A DNA stretch of 62,612 bases, the filler included, from Nemertoderma westbladi (taxonomy: Eukaryota > Animalia > Xenacoelomorpha), in NCBI GenBank assembly GCA_032718475.1. It is 3 parts of 3 records of this genome, joined end to end, with 100 filler letters (N's around TTAATTAATTAA, not from the genome) between each part and the next. Parts side by side here need not be neighbours in the genome. Positions count along the whole stretch, not along the records: positions 1 to 23,294 come from JAUCBJ010000620.1; 2 more parts are not named here. One strand, written 5' to 3'. Each line of letters starts with the position of its first letter. Within the stretch, counting starts at the first letter, position 1. Below the pieces are notes generated by a model. The model was not told the origin of the DNA, ran no database searches, and saw only the letters and a list, made by a program, of their open reading frames with translations. Position numbers and translations under genes: made by a program. This document shows, one piece after another, positions 12,367 to 23,394 of this stretch.

Positions 12367-14890
12367 AGAATCTCCCCGCAGTCATGACTTTTGTGGACTT
12401 CAAGAAGACATTCGACTCCATCCATAGAGGTAAAATGCTTGAAATCCTAAGAGCTTATGGAATACCAGAAGTAATTGTTGCTGGCATTGGATTGTTATAT
12501 TGTGACACAGAAGCGCAGGTACTCTCACCAGATGGTGAAACTGAGTTTTTCTCAATCCTGGCTGGCGTACTGCAAGGTGACACATTAGCACCATTACTAT
12601 TTGTAATTGTGCTGGATTACGCAATGAGGACGGCCACAAAGGGTGAAGATCTGGGATTCACACTTCAAGAACGCAGAAGTAGTATATATCCGGCAACTAC
12701 AGTCACAGACACCGACTTTGCGGATGACATCGCCCGGCTCTCTAATACGCTAGCTGATGCACAGTAGGGCGGTGCGTTTTTTACTTTTTTTCGATTTCAT
12801 TGTTCTACCGGTGCACAAAAGTTGCCAAATGGTAAAAAAATAAGGCAAAAAAAATTTCTTTCAATTTCGTCTATATCTTCACGGATCCCAAGAGGGTTGA
12901 AATTTTGTGCCATCGCGATGCACCATAATGAAATTTATAACAATATAACACATTGATGAAAGATCAATGACTCAAAAAAGAACTTCCTGCATGCATCAAA
13001 TGTCATCAAATGGGTCCAAACTTAGTTAGATACAAAAATTTTAAATTTTGGATCAAGGGAAGTAGTGCCACAGGTAAATGACCAGAACCTACTCTTTGGC
13101 GCAAGTGATGATTATTCTCAATTTGGGTGATGGACAACTTTTAGTTCTCCTACGGCATTAATATTATGCTCATTAGAACCGCAATGACCGATTTAGTGGG
13201 GGTAGACACCATCAAAACAAGCATAGAGCGAATAGATCTTGAGATATTGCAGAAAATGTAAAGTACGGCACAAGTCAACATTACCGCCTTGATGATTTAT
13301 AGACAAATACACAAAAATGTTACTTCTAATTATCTTAAGGCGTCAAAAATATACACATCACTGCAACAAATTGATTTAGTGTATACAGACAACTTCAAAA
13401 TTAAAGAGTAGTGATTAATTCACTATAGTTTTTGTACAAAATGTGTGGAATGGGTCAACTCAATATCAAGTATTAATTGGTGACATAGTCTTGACATTTT
13501 GTAAAATAACTCAAGAACTAATGACTCTATTCTTATTTTGAAGGTGTCTTCACCCACTATATTGATCATTTCTGTGATATGTCTATTCGTGATTCCTTGA
13601 GATAATTCAAAATATCATTTTTAGTGTATTTGTCCATATCACATCAAGGCGGTAATGTAGACTTGTGCCTGACTTAACATTTTCTGTAATATCTCAAGAA
13701 CAATTCGCTGTACGTTTGTTTTGAAGGTGTCTACCCCCACTAAATCGGCCATTGCGGTTCTAATGAGCATAATATGAATGCAGTAGGAGAACTCATAGTT
13801 GGCCATCGCGAAAATTGAGAATAATCATCACTTGTGCCAAATGGTAGGTTCTGGCCACGTGCCTGTGGCACTAGTTCCCTTGATCCAAAAAATAAAATTT
13901 TGGTATCTAACTATGTTTGGACCCATTTGATGACATTTGATGCATGCAGGAAGTTCTTTTTTGAGTCATTGATCTTTCACCAATGTGTTATATTGTTATA
14001 AATTTCATTATGGTGCATCGCGATGGCACAAAATTTCAACCCTCTTGGGATCCGTGAAGATATAGACGAAATTTAAAGAAATTTTTTTTCCTTATTTTTT
14101 TTACCATTTGGCAACTTTTGTGCACCGGTAGAACAATGAAATCGAAAAAAAGTAAAAAACGCACCGCCCTAATGCACAGCTTCTACTAAATAAAGTGGAG
14201 AGGGCTGCTAAGGAGGTTGGATTGCATATAAATGCTACCAAGACCGAATTCATGACCTTTAATGTTGATGGAAACTTGACAACCATTGATAATAATCAAC
14301 TTAGGAAGGTAGATGACTTCCAGTACCTTGGATCGTGGATAGAGAGTAGCAAAAAGGACATAGAAGTTATGAAAGCAAAGGCTTGGGTAGCTCTATCAAA
14401 AATGGATACCATCTGGAAATCAGATCTCTCCAGGCACCTGAAGACCAAGTTCTTTCGAGCCACAGTGGAAAGTGTATTTTTATACGGGGGTGAGACCTGG
14501 ACACTGACTAAATCACTTGAACAACGAATTGATGGTTGCTACACAAGGCTACTAAGGGCAACCCTAAACATCAGCTGGAGACAACACATGACAAACGCCG
14601 AGCTTTATGGTACAATACCACCTGTATCAACCACCCTCCGTGAACGCAGATTAAGATTCAGTGGGCACTGCTGGCGAAGTAAAGACGAGGTCATACCAGA
14701 TCTACTTTTCTGGCAACCAACTCATGGAAAGCGTAGTCGTGGACGACCTGCCATAACATATATAGATCAACTTGAAAGGGATACTGAACTTGGGAGAAAC
14801 GAAATTGCGACAACTATGGAGAATCGGGAAGCCTGGAAGGATCTCATTTCCACTGTCCGAGTTCGCTCGACCTAGTAGTAGTAGTAGTAG
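12367..14890 (+). mobile_element. 5'-truncated RTE LINE (RT domain to C-terminus), interrupted by a nested DNA element
   Basis: RT motifs FVDFKKTFDSIHR, GVLQGDTLAP, DFADDI, FQYLGS, RLRFSGHCWR. (TAG)n tail at 14873-14890; 14-bp TSD TATCCGGCTTCTCA at 12353-12366 and 14891-14904. Confidence 0.95.
12765..14171. mobile_element. Non-autonomous foldback element, hAT-like (about 575-bp TIRs)
   Basis: Ends TAGGGCGGTGCG.../...CGCACCGCCCTA; 8-bp TSD ATGCACAG (12757-64, 14172-79). Arms are complementary from about 12765-13340 versus 13595-14171. Excision restores the RTE frame (LADAQ|LLLNKVERAA). Confidence 0.9.
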
Positions 14891-15019
14891 TATCCGGCTT
14901 CTCATGGACATTGGACTTGAGAGTATCTCCGAACTTGGAAAGTATATGGATGTCCGGGTGCTATAATAATGAATGGTATAATAATAATAAAAATAGTAGA
15001 GTAGAGACGCTCATGGTTG

Positions 15020-16330
15020 CTGTTGACATCATAGGTGATTCTAACTTACCAGAGTGCGAAGTGAAATCTTATCGTTTCAAAAACAGGTATGGAGTCATTA
15101 CAAGAAGTTCATTAATTGATAATGTTATTACCACGGCAAAAATATCCCATCAGAAGATTTCCAGTAAGTGCTTCCTGGAAGATAAGATAAATAAATCTGA
15201 TCATTCTCCAATTAATTCGGTATTCAAACTATAATATTAAAGGGGCACTGAAGAAAGTAACTCTAACTTTTGGTAAAAACGCAACTCTCCCATCTTTATG
15301 TTTAAGAGTGCCACCGAATCTCAACTTATTGACTTCAAAAGGGCAGTCATTAAAAACCTGAAAGATTTTAACACAACTCATGATTGCAACATGGAAGAAA
15401 GGGGAAACGAGAAGGCAGGACATATAATTAAGACATCAAATGATGCTGCAAGGGCACATATACCGATGATATTTCCAATAAATGGAAGCGAGTCTACATT
15501 ATTAGACACTTCCATGCTGCAAGTAATATGAAGTTACACAATCCACAGAATGCTTCGCTATAATCAGGAAACCACATATATACTCGTACTCTATACAACT
15601 CGAATATAAAAGAATAAAGAGCCATCTAGAACAGCAAGGTTACTGGCAACATATAAAAATCTGGGAAACCAATGTGCTCAAACCGCAATAAATTCTGGAA
15701 TACCCTGAAGCAGAAGATAGGATGGAATGCCGTTTCAGCCCAGAAGGATCTAATGAAAGAAGATGGACTCCCAAGGACTCTTCGATTGAAGGATTTGGGA
15801 GATCCCAAATGTGTTTCAATGCAAATGATGTAAAAAGTGCTATACGCATACTCTCCCATGGGAAGGCGGCTGATAGTGACTGTCTTGCATCTGAACACTT
15901 ATATCATTCATTTTCGGATGAACTTTGTATCTTTTTATATGCCAAAAATATTTTGGAGAATTTAACCTACTTCTTAGCTTAGAACAGTCACGATTTGTTA
16001 TTCTGTATTGCGCAGTCAGCTGGTAGCAACAGTGAAGCAAGTTCAACGATACTAAAGCCGCGATTATGCTTGTCTCTAAGTCCTGTCGGTTTCTCGGTCT
16101 GCCATTGCCGGCTACAAAGCAAAACATCATGGACCACTTTTAGCACAAAATCTCGGGGAACGTTGCCTGAGTTAAAAGAGGTGGCTTGTGAGTTGATTCT
16201 GTTCCTCTATCGATCTCATCATTAATCTGGAGTGCAGTCTGTGCTCCTTCAATTCTATATGGGGCCTCACTTATCCCATTTTCATTGTTAGAAACGTTGG
16301 AGTAAGAAATGGCGCAAATCAATGAGTTCA
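15020..16330 (+). pseudogene. Highly decayed APE-RT non-LTR retrotransposon (RTEX-like)
   Basis: APE motifs IIGDSN, SLIDNVI, SDHSPI; then KFWNTLK, GKAADSDCLASEHL and LWSAVCAPSILYG, with many stops and frameshifts. Confidence 0.6.
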
Positions 16331-16499
16331 TAATTGGTTGTTCGTAATTTTGTATCCAATAAAACACAAATTCAAATTTTTCAGACTCGCAATTTCGAAA
16401 CACTCATACACGAAGTGGGGCCTTCGCGCAGCACGTGAAATGAGTTAATGCTAAGTATCAACTCGAAAGGATTATAAAAACATAGGAGAAGATTTTCCC

Positions 16500-17548
16500 G
16501 GAAAACGTTAACCCTCTAGCGGGAGACTGGGTAACTGAAGAAGGAAGGATTAGTTTCCCTACAAAGCCACAGCCTATGGTCTATTACATATCTACCAAGT
16601 TTCCGATTGACGGATCATAAATAACGAAATGTTGGAAGGTTTTCACTTTCATACATTTAGCCCTCTAGCGGCATATTAAAGAACTACGGATCGATCACCT
16701 TCCTCACAAAGACGAGGCATGTGGTCTAGTACATACCGGTACTGTATATTCCAAAATTCAGCTTAAATAGATTAAGATCAAGGAATTCGCGAAGGTTATC
16801 ACTTTCCTACATTTCGCCCTCTAGCGGCAGACTCGAAAACTCCGGACCGATTACTGTCCACACAAAGACTTAGGATGTCTTCTAGTACATATATGACAAG
16901 TTTCAGCGTAATCAGATCATAAACAACTAAATGGAAGAATAATTTCACATTCGGGACATTTCGCCCTCTAGCGGCAGACTGGAGAACTGCAGACAGATTA
17001 GCCTTCTTTGAAATTTACAGCTAATGGTCTAGTACATACTTCCCAAGTTTCAGCTTAAACGGATTAAAAGCAAAGAAATGGGTGGCCATTTAATGTTTAG
17101 ACATGTGGCCCTCTAGCGGGAGACTGGAAAACTTCGGACCGATTACAATCCACACAAAGACTCAGGATGTCATCTAGTACATATAGGACAAGTTTCAGCG
17201 TAATCAGATCATAAACAACTAAATGGAAGAATAATTTCACATTCGGGACATTTCGCCCTCTAGCGGCAGACTGGAGAACTGCAGACAGATTAGCCTCCTT
17301 TGAAATTTACAGCTAATGGTCTAGTACATACTTCCCAAGTTTCTGCTTAAACGGATTAAAAGCAAAGAAATGGGTGGCCATTTAATGTTTAGACATGTGG
17401 CCCTCTAGCGGGAGACCATTGCACTGATGGTGTCTGAAAGTCTCTCAAAAATCTCAACTTTTGCTCATATTGATACCTACAAATTTTCAACTTGGCAGCT
17501 TTAAATCCGACAAAGTTATTAGCATGTCAAAATCGTAACGACGACGAC

Positions 17549-17580
<32 letters not shown>

Positions 17581-17680
17581 CAACGACGACGACGACGACG
17601 ACGACAACTATTTGCATAAATTGACCCACCCCCTAACAGTGTCAATTCGCTAAGGCTCCGCCAACTTCGTGGCTCGCCCC
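16500..17680 (+). mobile_element. HINE/DINE-1/pearl-like non-autonomous Helentron-type element with tandem core repeats
   Basis: About 147-bp tandem cores (CCCTCTAGCGG at 16512, 16661, 16817, 16964, 17109, 17256, 17401; 292-bp dimer), then a (GAC)n microsatellite, then short 3' hairpins (ATTGAC..GTCAAT, GCCA-ACTTCG-TGGC). This is the canonical HINE layout. Boundaries are approximate. Confidence 0.65.
17538..17608. repeat. (GAC)n microsatellite
   Basis: ACGACGACG... with occasional CAA interruptions. Confidence 0.95.
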
Positions 17681-19921
17681 ACATCATTCCTATACGGACT
17701 ATATACTCAACTTTCAACTCTTCAAATAGAAAAATAACTTAGTGTTCAGCTATCTACTTGTGCGATATATAGCAGGTATAATAAAATATGAAATGTTTGA
17801 TGACTATGAGATTGGCGCTTCAAAGTCGGATCGCCATGTTTACTATCATTAGCAAGCCATAGATACAATGTAAAACAAATTGCAATCCACTAAGTTTGTC
17901 TATCTTTTCGTGATAACTTTAATTGTTCATATTTAATTTTAATCATAAATAATATGGACATAGATTCACATATAAGAGGCAATGCATATTGGACCTCTTT
18001 ACAGAGAGCTTCGGTTAAAGACCCATACAAATAAACATTGTACTAAAGGGGAAGGGGGGGGGGGGGGGGGGGGGGTGTCACATCAAAGGTAAACCAGTGT
18101 CTAACTATATTTTAATTATCTGCATTCCATCACGTGTATTTCTATTTATTATTACGCCCTTTAGTACGGTAGTACATGCAATTATACCACGATTGTTACC
18201 AATGTGTTACCAGACTACTATGGTATACCTTTTACTTTGTGCTGATTGTGTTTTTAATATTTTAATTGATTAAAATTTTAATGATTAAAGCCGCCAGAGG
18301 CCTTTAGTCTCGAGATTAATGAAGTGAACGAATGAAGAAGCATGCTCGACCGTGGATTACGCACAAACTCTTATTACGTATTTCCAGTGCGGTCCCCCCA
18401 GAAATATACTACCAATATGAAACTGCTACTCAATTAGGTACCATTTACGGATGCAAGCCTGAGATGAGCTCTGGTTGGTCCCTTTGCCGAAACGAAAACT
18501 GCCCTGCTCTCCGCGAAGACTCACGCTACGAATTTAACGAATACGTCACGGCGGGACCTTCACGGGCATTTATCCAGTATGAAGTTAAGCTGCGTTAACA
18601 CTTTTGCTTTATATTTACGCCTACAGTGAAGAAAAATAATAATTCCTATGTAAGAAAGTGTTATCTTCGATTCGTGGTACTGTAGTAGTTGGTATAACCG
18701 CTAATTAGCCTTTAAAGGCTGATGACTCATAAAGGTAATTATTTTTCACAATTTTAAACTTTTTAGAACCGGTAATTGATGTTGCAAGTAGTTTAGAATA
18801 AACAAACTACGATTGTAAAATATATTATGATTATAATACAGTAGTATATGCAATAAACCAGTGAACAACCAAGGTTAATTAACCTATTCCTGAAGTCAGT
18901 AGTTAGTATTACACAAATCGAGTCGATTAAGCGCATTTCCGCGAATTCCATTTCCATGATACTTTGGTCAACGCAACGCAACGGTGTGATTCCAATTACT
19001 GTATACCTGGCTGTTACTGGAGTTTCTAACTAATTCCGGTGAGCCACCATTAAGGGATTCACGCACAAAAACACAAGCATCAACAATAGTGAAATGCTGC
19101 AAAAACCATTAAATTAGATAGCGTAAGGGTTTTTATTCATTTGTAACTTTACTTTCATTTGGGACTCTTTGATGTGCACGCACTGTTGCAGTGTACGCAA
19201 GTTGACTTGCAGTTACATTATAAAGGAATACAAATTTTCTTCATAATTTTACATTGATATATTATCGACAGAATGTATTAATTAATTATATTTTCATAAA
19301 TATTTGAATTGGTGTATTTCAGTTAGCATTCATAGGGTGACTTTAAATAGACGTTAGAAAGCCTAATAAATGCGTGGTTAATTCGAGCATTGAATTCAAA
19401 TTTATAATAATTCATGAACTCCGTTTAATAAATGAAAATAATGGATATTTCTATCCCGCTTCAAAGATTTATTTAATAAGAGGGTCGAGATCGGCACGGA
19501 AACGTCCAGTTATTGTCGGGGCAGAAGCATCGCCGTCCATCTTGCTGGCCAACGCCGACACAAGGGTGGGACAGTAGAGTCAGGAACTCATATCATAAAC
19601 AATTTCAAAATCAGTTTAATTATTTTATATTATTTAATTCCCTTGTATGGTTTAAATTTCACGCCCTTTGCTCATTTGATAATATAAACCGCGAAAACTT
19701 TTGATTACTATTAAAATTCATTCACCTGGAATTAGTAATAAATTAACATTCGGCCATACCTTTACTGATAAGGCTATCAGCTGTATAAAATATTTAACAC
19801 ACACTAATGCTGCCCTATGAAGAATTTCAAGTTTGTAAGGGGTGGAGTTTAGGCAGTAGGGCCTAAGCAAACAGTATGGGTGTACTACTGTAAGTCCAAT
19901 AATCTTTGCAACCTCATCGAT

Positions 19922-20212
19922 TTATACTAAGCCTGTGTAGAAATCCATTACATAAGCCATTTTTCATCATGAACACCAGCTGTTATTGGTGTAATTTTAC
20001 CATTGCGTCTATGGCACCTTTCGTTTATTCCATTCTTTGCAAAAACTAATGACTGCATTTTTCTGAAATTTGCTTTATACACCCATTCACACCATACACT
20101 ACAGGAGGGTACTAAAAACAACACAATTTGCCGGATTGTTTCGGAGCCTTTCGTGTGACAAACAAACAAACAAAGAAACAGACAGACAGACACGCTTTTC
20201 TTACAGTAAGTA
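19922..20212 (+). mobile_element. Short HINE/Helitron-like non-autonomous element
   Basis: Ends in an (ACAA)n/(ACAG)n microsatellite at 20158-20192, preceded by CCGGATTGTTTCGGAGC. This layout is typical of DINE-like elements; boundaries uncertain. Confidence 0.35.
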
Positions 20213-20399
20213 AATCTGAAGATTTACAAATTAATATATTATTTCATAAATTGGCTGACATACTAAATATACGTGTGGGGGATGTTACATTAATCATTAA
20301 TCGATTCCCTATTTAAATCTCCAGTTTTTCTTGATCGGGCAGTAAAATTCCAGAGCTAAAACCTATATATGTGGATTCGATAATTAATTGTCCTGAAGA

Positions 20400-20612
20400 C
20401 GACATGTCGCAGACTGCTGAATCCGCAGAGCTAGATCAATATCTCAATCAATACCACGAGGTAGAAGGACACCGGAGCCGATTATGGCACTATGGTTTAT
20501 CATTGAGTCATCATGAAAGTCATAAGGGATAGGGAGTTGTGCCGGCGCAACTTCATCGATAAGCCATCGATAGCTTTCTTGATGAAGGCTAAACTGCAGC
20601 ATGTCGATTCTG
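20400..20612 (+). mobile_element. Old RTE 3' fragment
   Basis: DRELCRRNFIDKP resembles DRELWRCNFVDKP of the family at 48885-49387, and it ends TGCAGCATGTCGATTCT like the family terminus. Confidence 0.5.
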
Positions 20613-20869
20613 GATTGAGTGGTGGCAGTGTATTCTTGTTCTTAAGCAGGCATAGCAATGTCAACGAGGCTGCAGTGCCGCATGTTAGAGGGATAACGTG
20701 CAGTTAGGTGCAGCCATCACGTTACCTACAACGAAAGACAGACGGCTAGCCATCATGCGTCCCACAAATGCATATTTAAGATCCTTAACGCATTATTTTG
20801 AAAGAGGAACTAGAAAATATAGCGCCCCAAGATCTCGGCACTTTCCTAGTTCAACCCTGTTCGAATAAC

Positions 20870-21220
20870 CACACTCGTGTTCAGTGTAAAAATAAGTGCA
20901 ATACTACTTCAGTAAGTAATTAGGTTATTAATAATTTACTTTCTAACTATTCACTGTGTAATTGCGTTGTATAAAGTGTATGTAATGTACCTGTGTATAT
21001 TTACATTATTATCGTTAAGTCGGGCATGATCACGCTCTCGGTAAAGTTGTACACTGTAATTATGTTTTATATTGGTTTTAGTTTGGAAGCTTGCTGGGCC
21101 GAGTAACTCAAAAAAAATTTGAGATTGACCTTGAAATCCACTACTCGGCCCAGGTGTTTATGTGTGATATCGTTTGTTACCAAGTAACATACATGTAAAG
21201 AGATGAGAACCAATAAGCCC
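20870..21220 (+). mobile_element. L2/Crack-like LINE 3' end (same family as 43334-43913)
   Basis: TTATCGTTAAGTCGGGCATGATCACGCTCT...TGTAATTATGTTTTATATTGGTTTTAG and ACCAAGTAACATA align with 43540-43775. Confidence 0.7.
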
Positions 21221-21641
21221 AATATTTGTCAATCTACACCACTCTTCCAATTTTTGAAATATATTTTTTGATTTTCGTTGTTGGGTGTAGGTATTCGAAT
21301 TAGGCAAAAAGTTGGCCTTTGCAACACTCACTCAAAATTAATCTTGTACACTTATTAATTGCCATTGTACAAGATTTCTATAGCCATCTACAGTATGTAT
21401 ACCATGTCCCGTAATATAGTGTCATTTTCTGATGACACGGACCCCCCCCCCAGATTTTTCTACAAATATTTATCACATTGTTTGAAATTTGAAATTCTTC
21501 ACATTAGTCGTTCAAAGATTGCAAGAATTATCGATCGCTGCAGGCCATTTATTCTATTAAATAAATACACAAAATTCTAGAATGTGTTATTTATTATATA
21601 GGTTTATTTATGAATAGCTACGACAAATCAACGGATTTAAT

Positions 21642-23201
21642 TAAAGAGGCTTAAACAATATAATTAAATAGGATTCAACGAATAGAATGTTCTTCAAGTA
21701 TGTCGAAGAGGCTGCTATTGTTATTGCTCGAAGTGCGAGCTATTTTTTCTGGGTCCAGAGTCTGACGATGATCGAGCCCTGATTCAGGAAGATTTCAATA
21801 GAGTTTGTGGCGGAAAGATCCAGTTACCTTCAGCTGACCAACTGATTATGCTAGGGGCCCCAATCGGATCGGAGGCTATAGAGTCCTGTCTGACTGACAA
21901 GATAAACGACTTGGCCTTGATTAGCGACCGGCTTCATCTCCTTGACAGCCACCATGGATTCTTCTTGCTTAGGAACTCTTTCGCAATCCCTCGCCTGCTA
22001 TATTACCTCCGCTCTGCTCCATGTTTTCGATTCCCCAGCTTCTGGAAAGATATTACGATACACTGCAGTCTGCGTTGGTAATAGCAAACGTCAGTATCAG
22101 TGACAATTCGTGGATACAGGCCTGTTTACCAGCTCATTCAGGTGGGTTGGGCCTAAGCTCAGCCATACAGCTCGCCCATTCTGCCTATCTGGCCTCTGCG
22201 GCTGCATGTGCTGAACTTACCGGCTGTCTTTTCACTGCCGCTGCGCCTACTCCATCTCGAACACCTTAACTGATCACGCCTATGAGCTCTGGAAGAGATC
22301 GGTGGCCACCGATTGCGAGCAACCTTCAGCGTCCTCTGTAAACATGCAGAAGACTTGGACAAACCCGATCCACGAAGAGAACCTTGCGTCACTTCGCCGC
22401 ACCGCTTCTCCGAAGAATATCGCTCGACTAAACTCTTTAGATGACCCTGTCGCCGGTTGCTGGATAGACATGCTACCATCGTCATTGCTAGGTTTAAAGC
22501 TTACTGACAGTCAGCTCCGCATCTCAATCGCTACTCGACTAGGCTGTCGAGTCACAGAACAACACACATGCGCCAGATGCGGTAAGGAAGTCGATACCGA
22601 CGGCCTACATGGCTTGTCCTGCCAGAGGAGCTTGGGACGGATTCCGCGCCACACGGTGCTAAATGACATCATAAAGTGCGCACTCTCCTGCTGTGGTGTT
22701 CCGTCCATCCTGGAGCCACCAGGCCTCTGTCGAACGGATGGTAAACGCCCAGACGGCATGACCCTCATCCCTTGGTCGTGCGGTAAGTCCCTGACGTGGG
22801 ACGCGACGGTCGTAGACCCTCTGGCGCCCAGCCATCTCGCTACCAGTCTATCCGCAGGAGGTCGGGTTGCCGAGGAGCAAGAAGAGACCAAATCCAGAAA
22901 GTACGAAGAACTAGTAGACTGAGGATACCTCTTCGCACCAGTAGCCTTCGAAACGCTTGGCCGGCCAGGACCAGCAACAACCTCATTCCTGAAAGAGGTC
23001 AGCAGGAAGATTCGACAAGCAACACAGGAACACCGGTCTCATCGATTCCTGCTGCAAAGACTCCTGATAGCCATCCTAATCGGCAACCCGGCCTCGATCC
23101 TAGGAACTGTAGACTCTACTAACAATAGCGGCCTCTTCGACATAATTGAAGAACATTCTATTCGTTGAATCCTATTTAATTCTATTGTTTAAGCCTTTTT
23201 A
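21642..23201. mobile_element. TIR-bounded unit (about 82-bp inverted repeats) enclosing a LINE fragment
   Basis: 21642-21723 is the reverse complement of 23120-23201 (AGGCTTAAACAATA.AATTAAATAGGATTCAACGAATAGAATGTTCTTCAA.TATGTCGAAGAGGC.GCTATTGTTA) with about 4 mismatches. Confidence 0.8.
21780..23119 (+). pseudogene. CRE-clade (RLE-type) non-LTR retrotransposon fragment: RT thumb, CCHC zinc knuckle, restriction-like endonuclease
   Basis: LGAPIG, QACLP..SGGLG, CARCG..DGLHGLSC, RH..LND, EP.GL.R.DGKRPDG.TLIPW..GK.L.WD.TVVD, PVAFETLG, GNPASILGT. Frameshifts near 22040 and 22270 and a stop at 22920. Confidence 0.85.
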
Positions 23202-23294
23202 TAAGTTGGTTGGCAACAGCGGTATTCCTATCCAATATATCTGTTGCAAAGCTATTCATACTTAAACAAAATGTTCCAGAACATCGTGTATTTA

Positions 23295-23394
23295 NNNNNN
23301 NNNNNNNNNNNNNNNNNNNNNNNNNNNNNNNNNNNNNNTTAATTAATTAANNNNNNNNNNNNNNNNNNNNNNNNNNNNNNNNNNNNNNNNNNNN
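23295..23394. other. Artificial contig spacer
   Basis: 44 N + TTAATTAATTAA (stops in all six frames) + 44 N = 100 nt. Confidence 0.97.

Noticed and set aside
10654-12425. 13-aa periodic ORFs on both strands
   Set aside because: Arise from the 39-bp unit being open in several frames; not called as CDS.
17487-17717. Poly-Arg protamine-like ORF
   Set aside because: Antisense translation of the (GAC)n microsatellite.
19495-19546. CAC...TCCATCTTG resembling a ProtoRAG TIR
   Set aside because: Poor heptamer, spacing does not fit, and no partner end or TSD was found.
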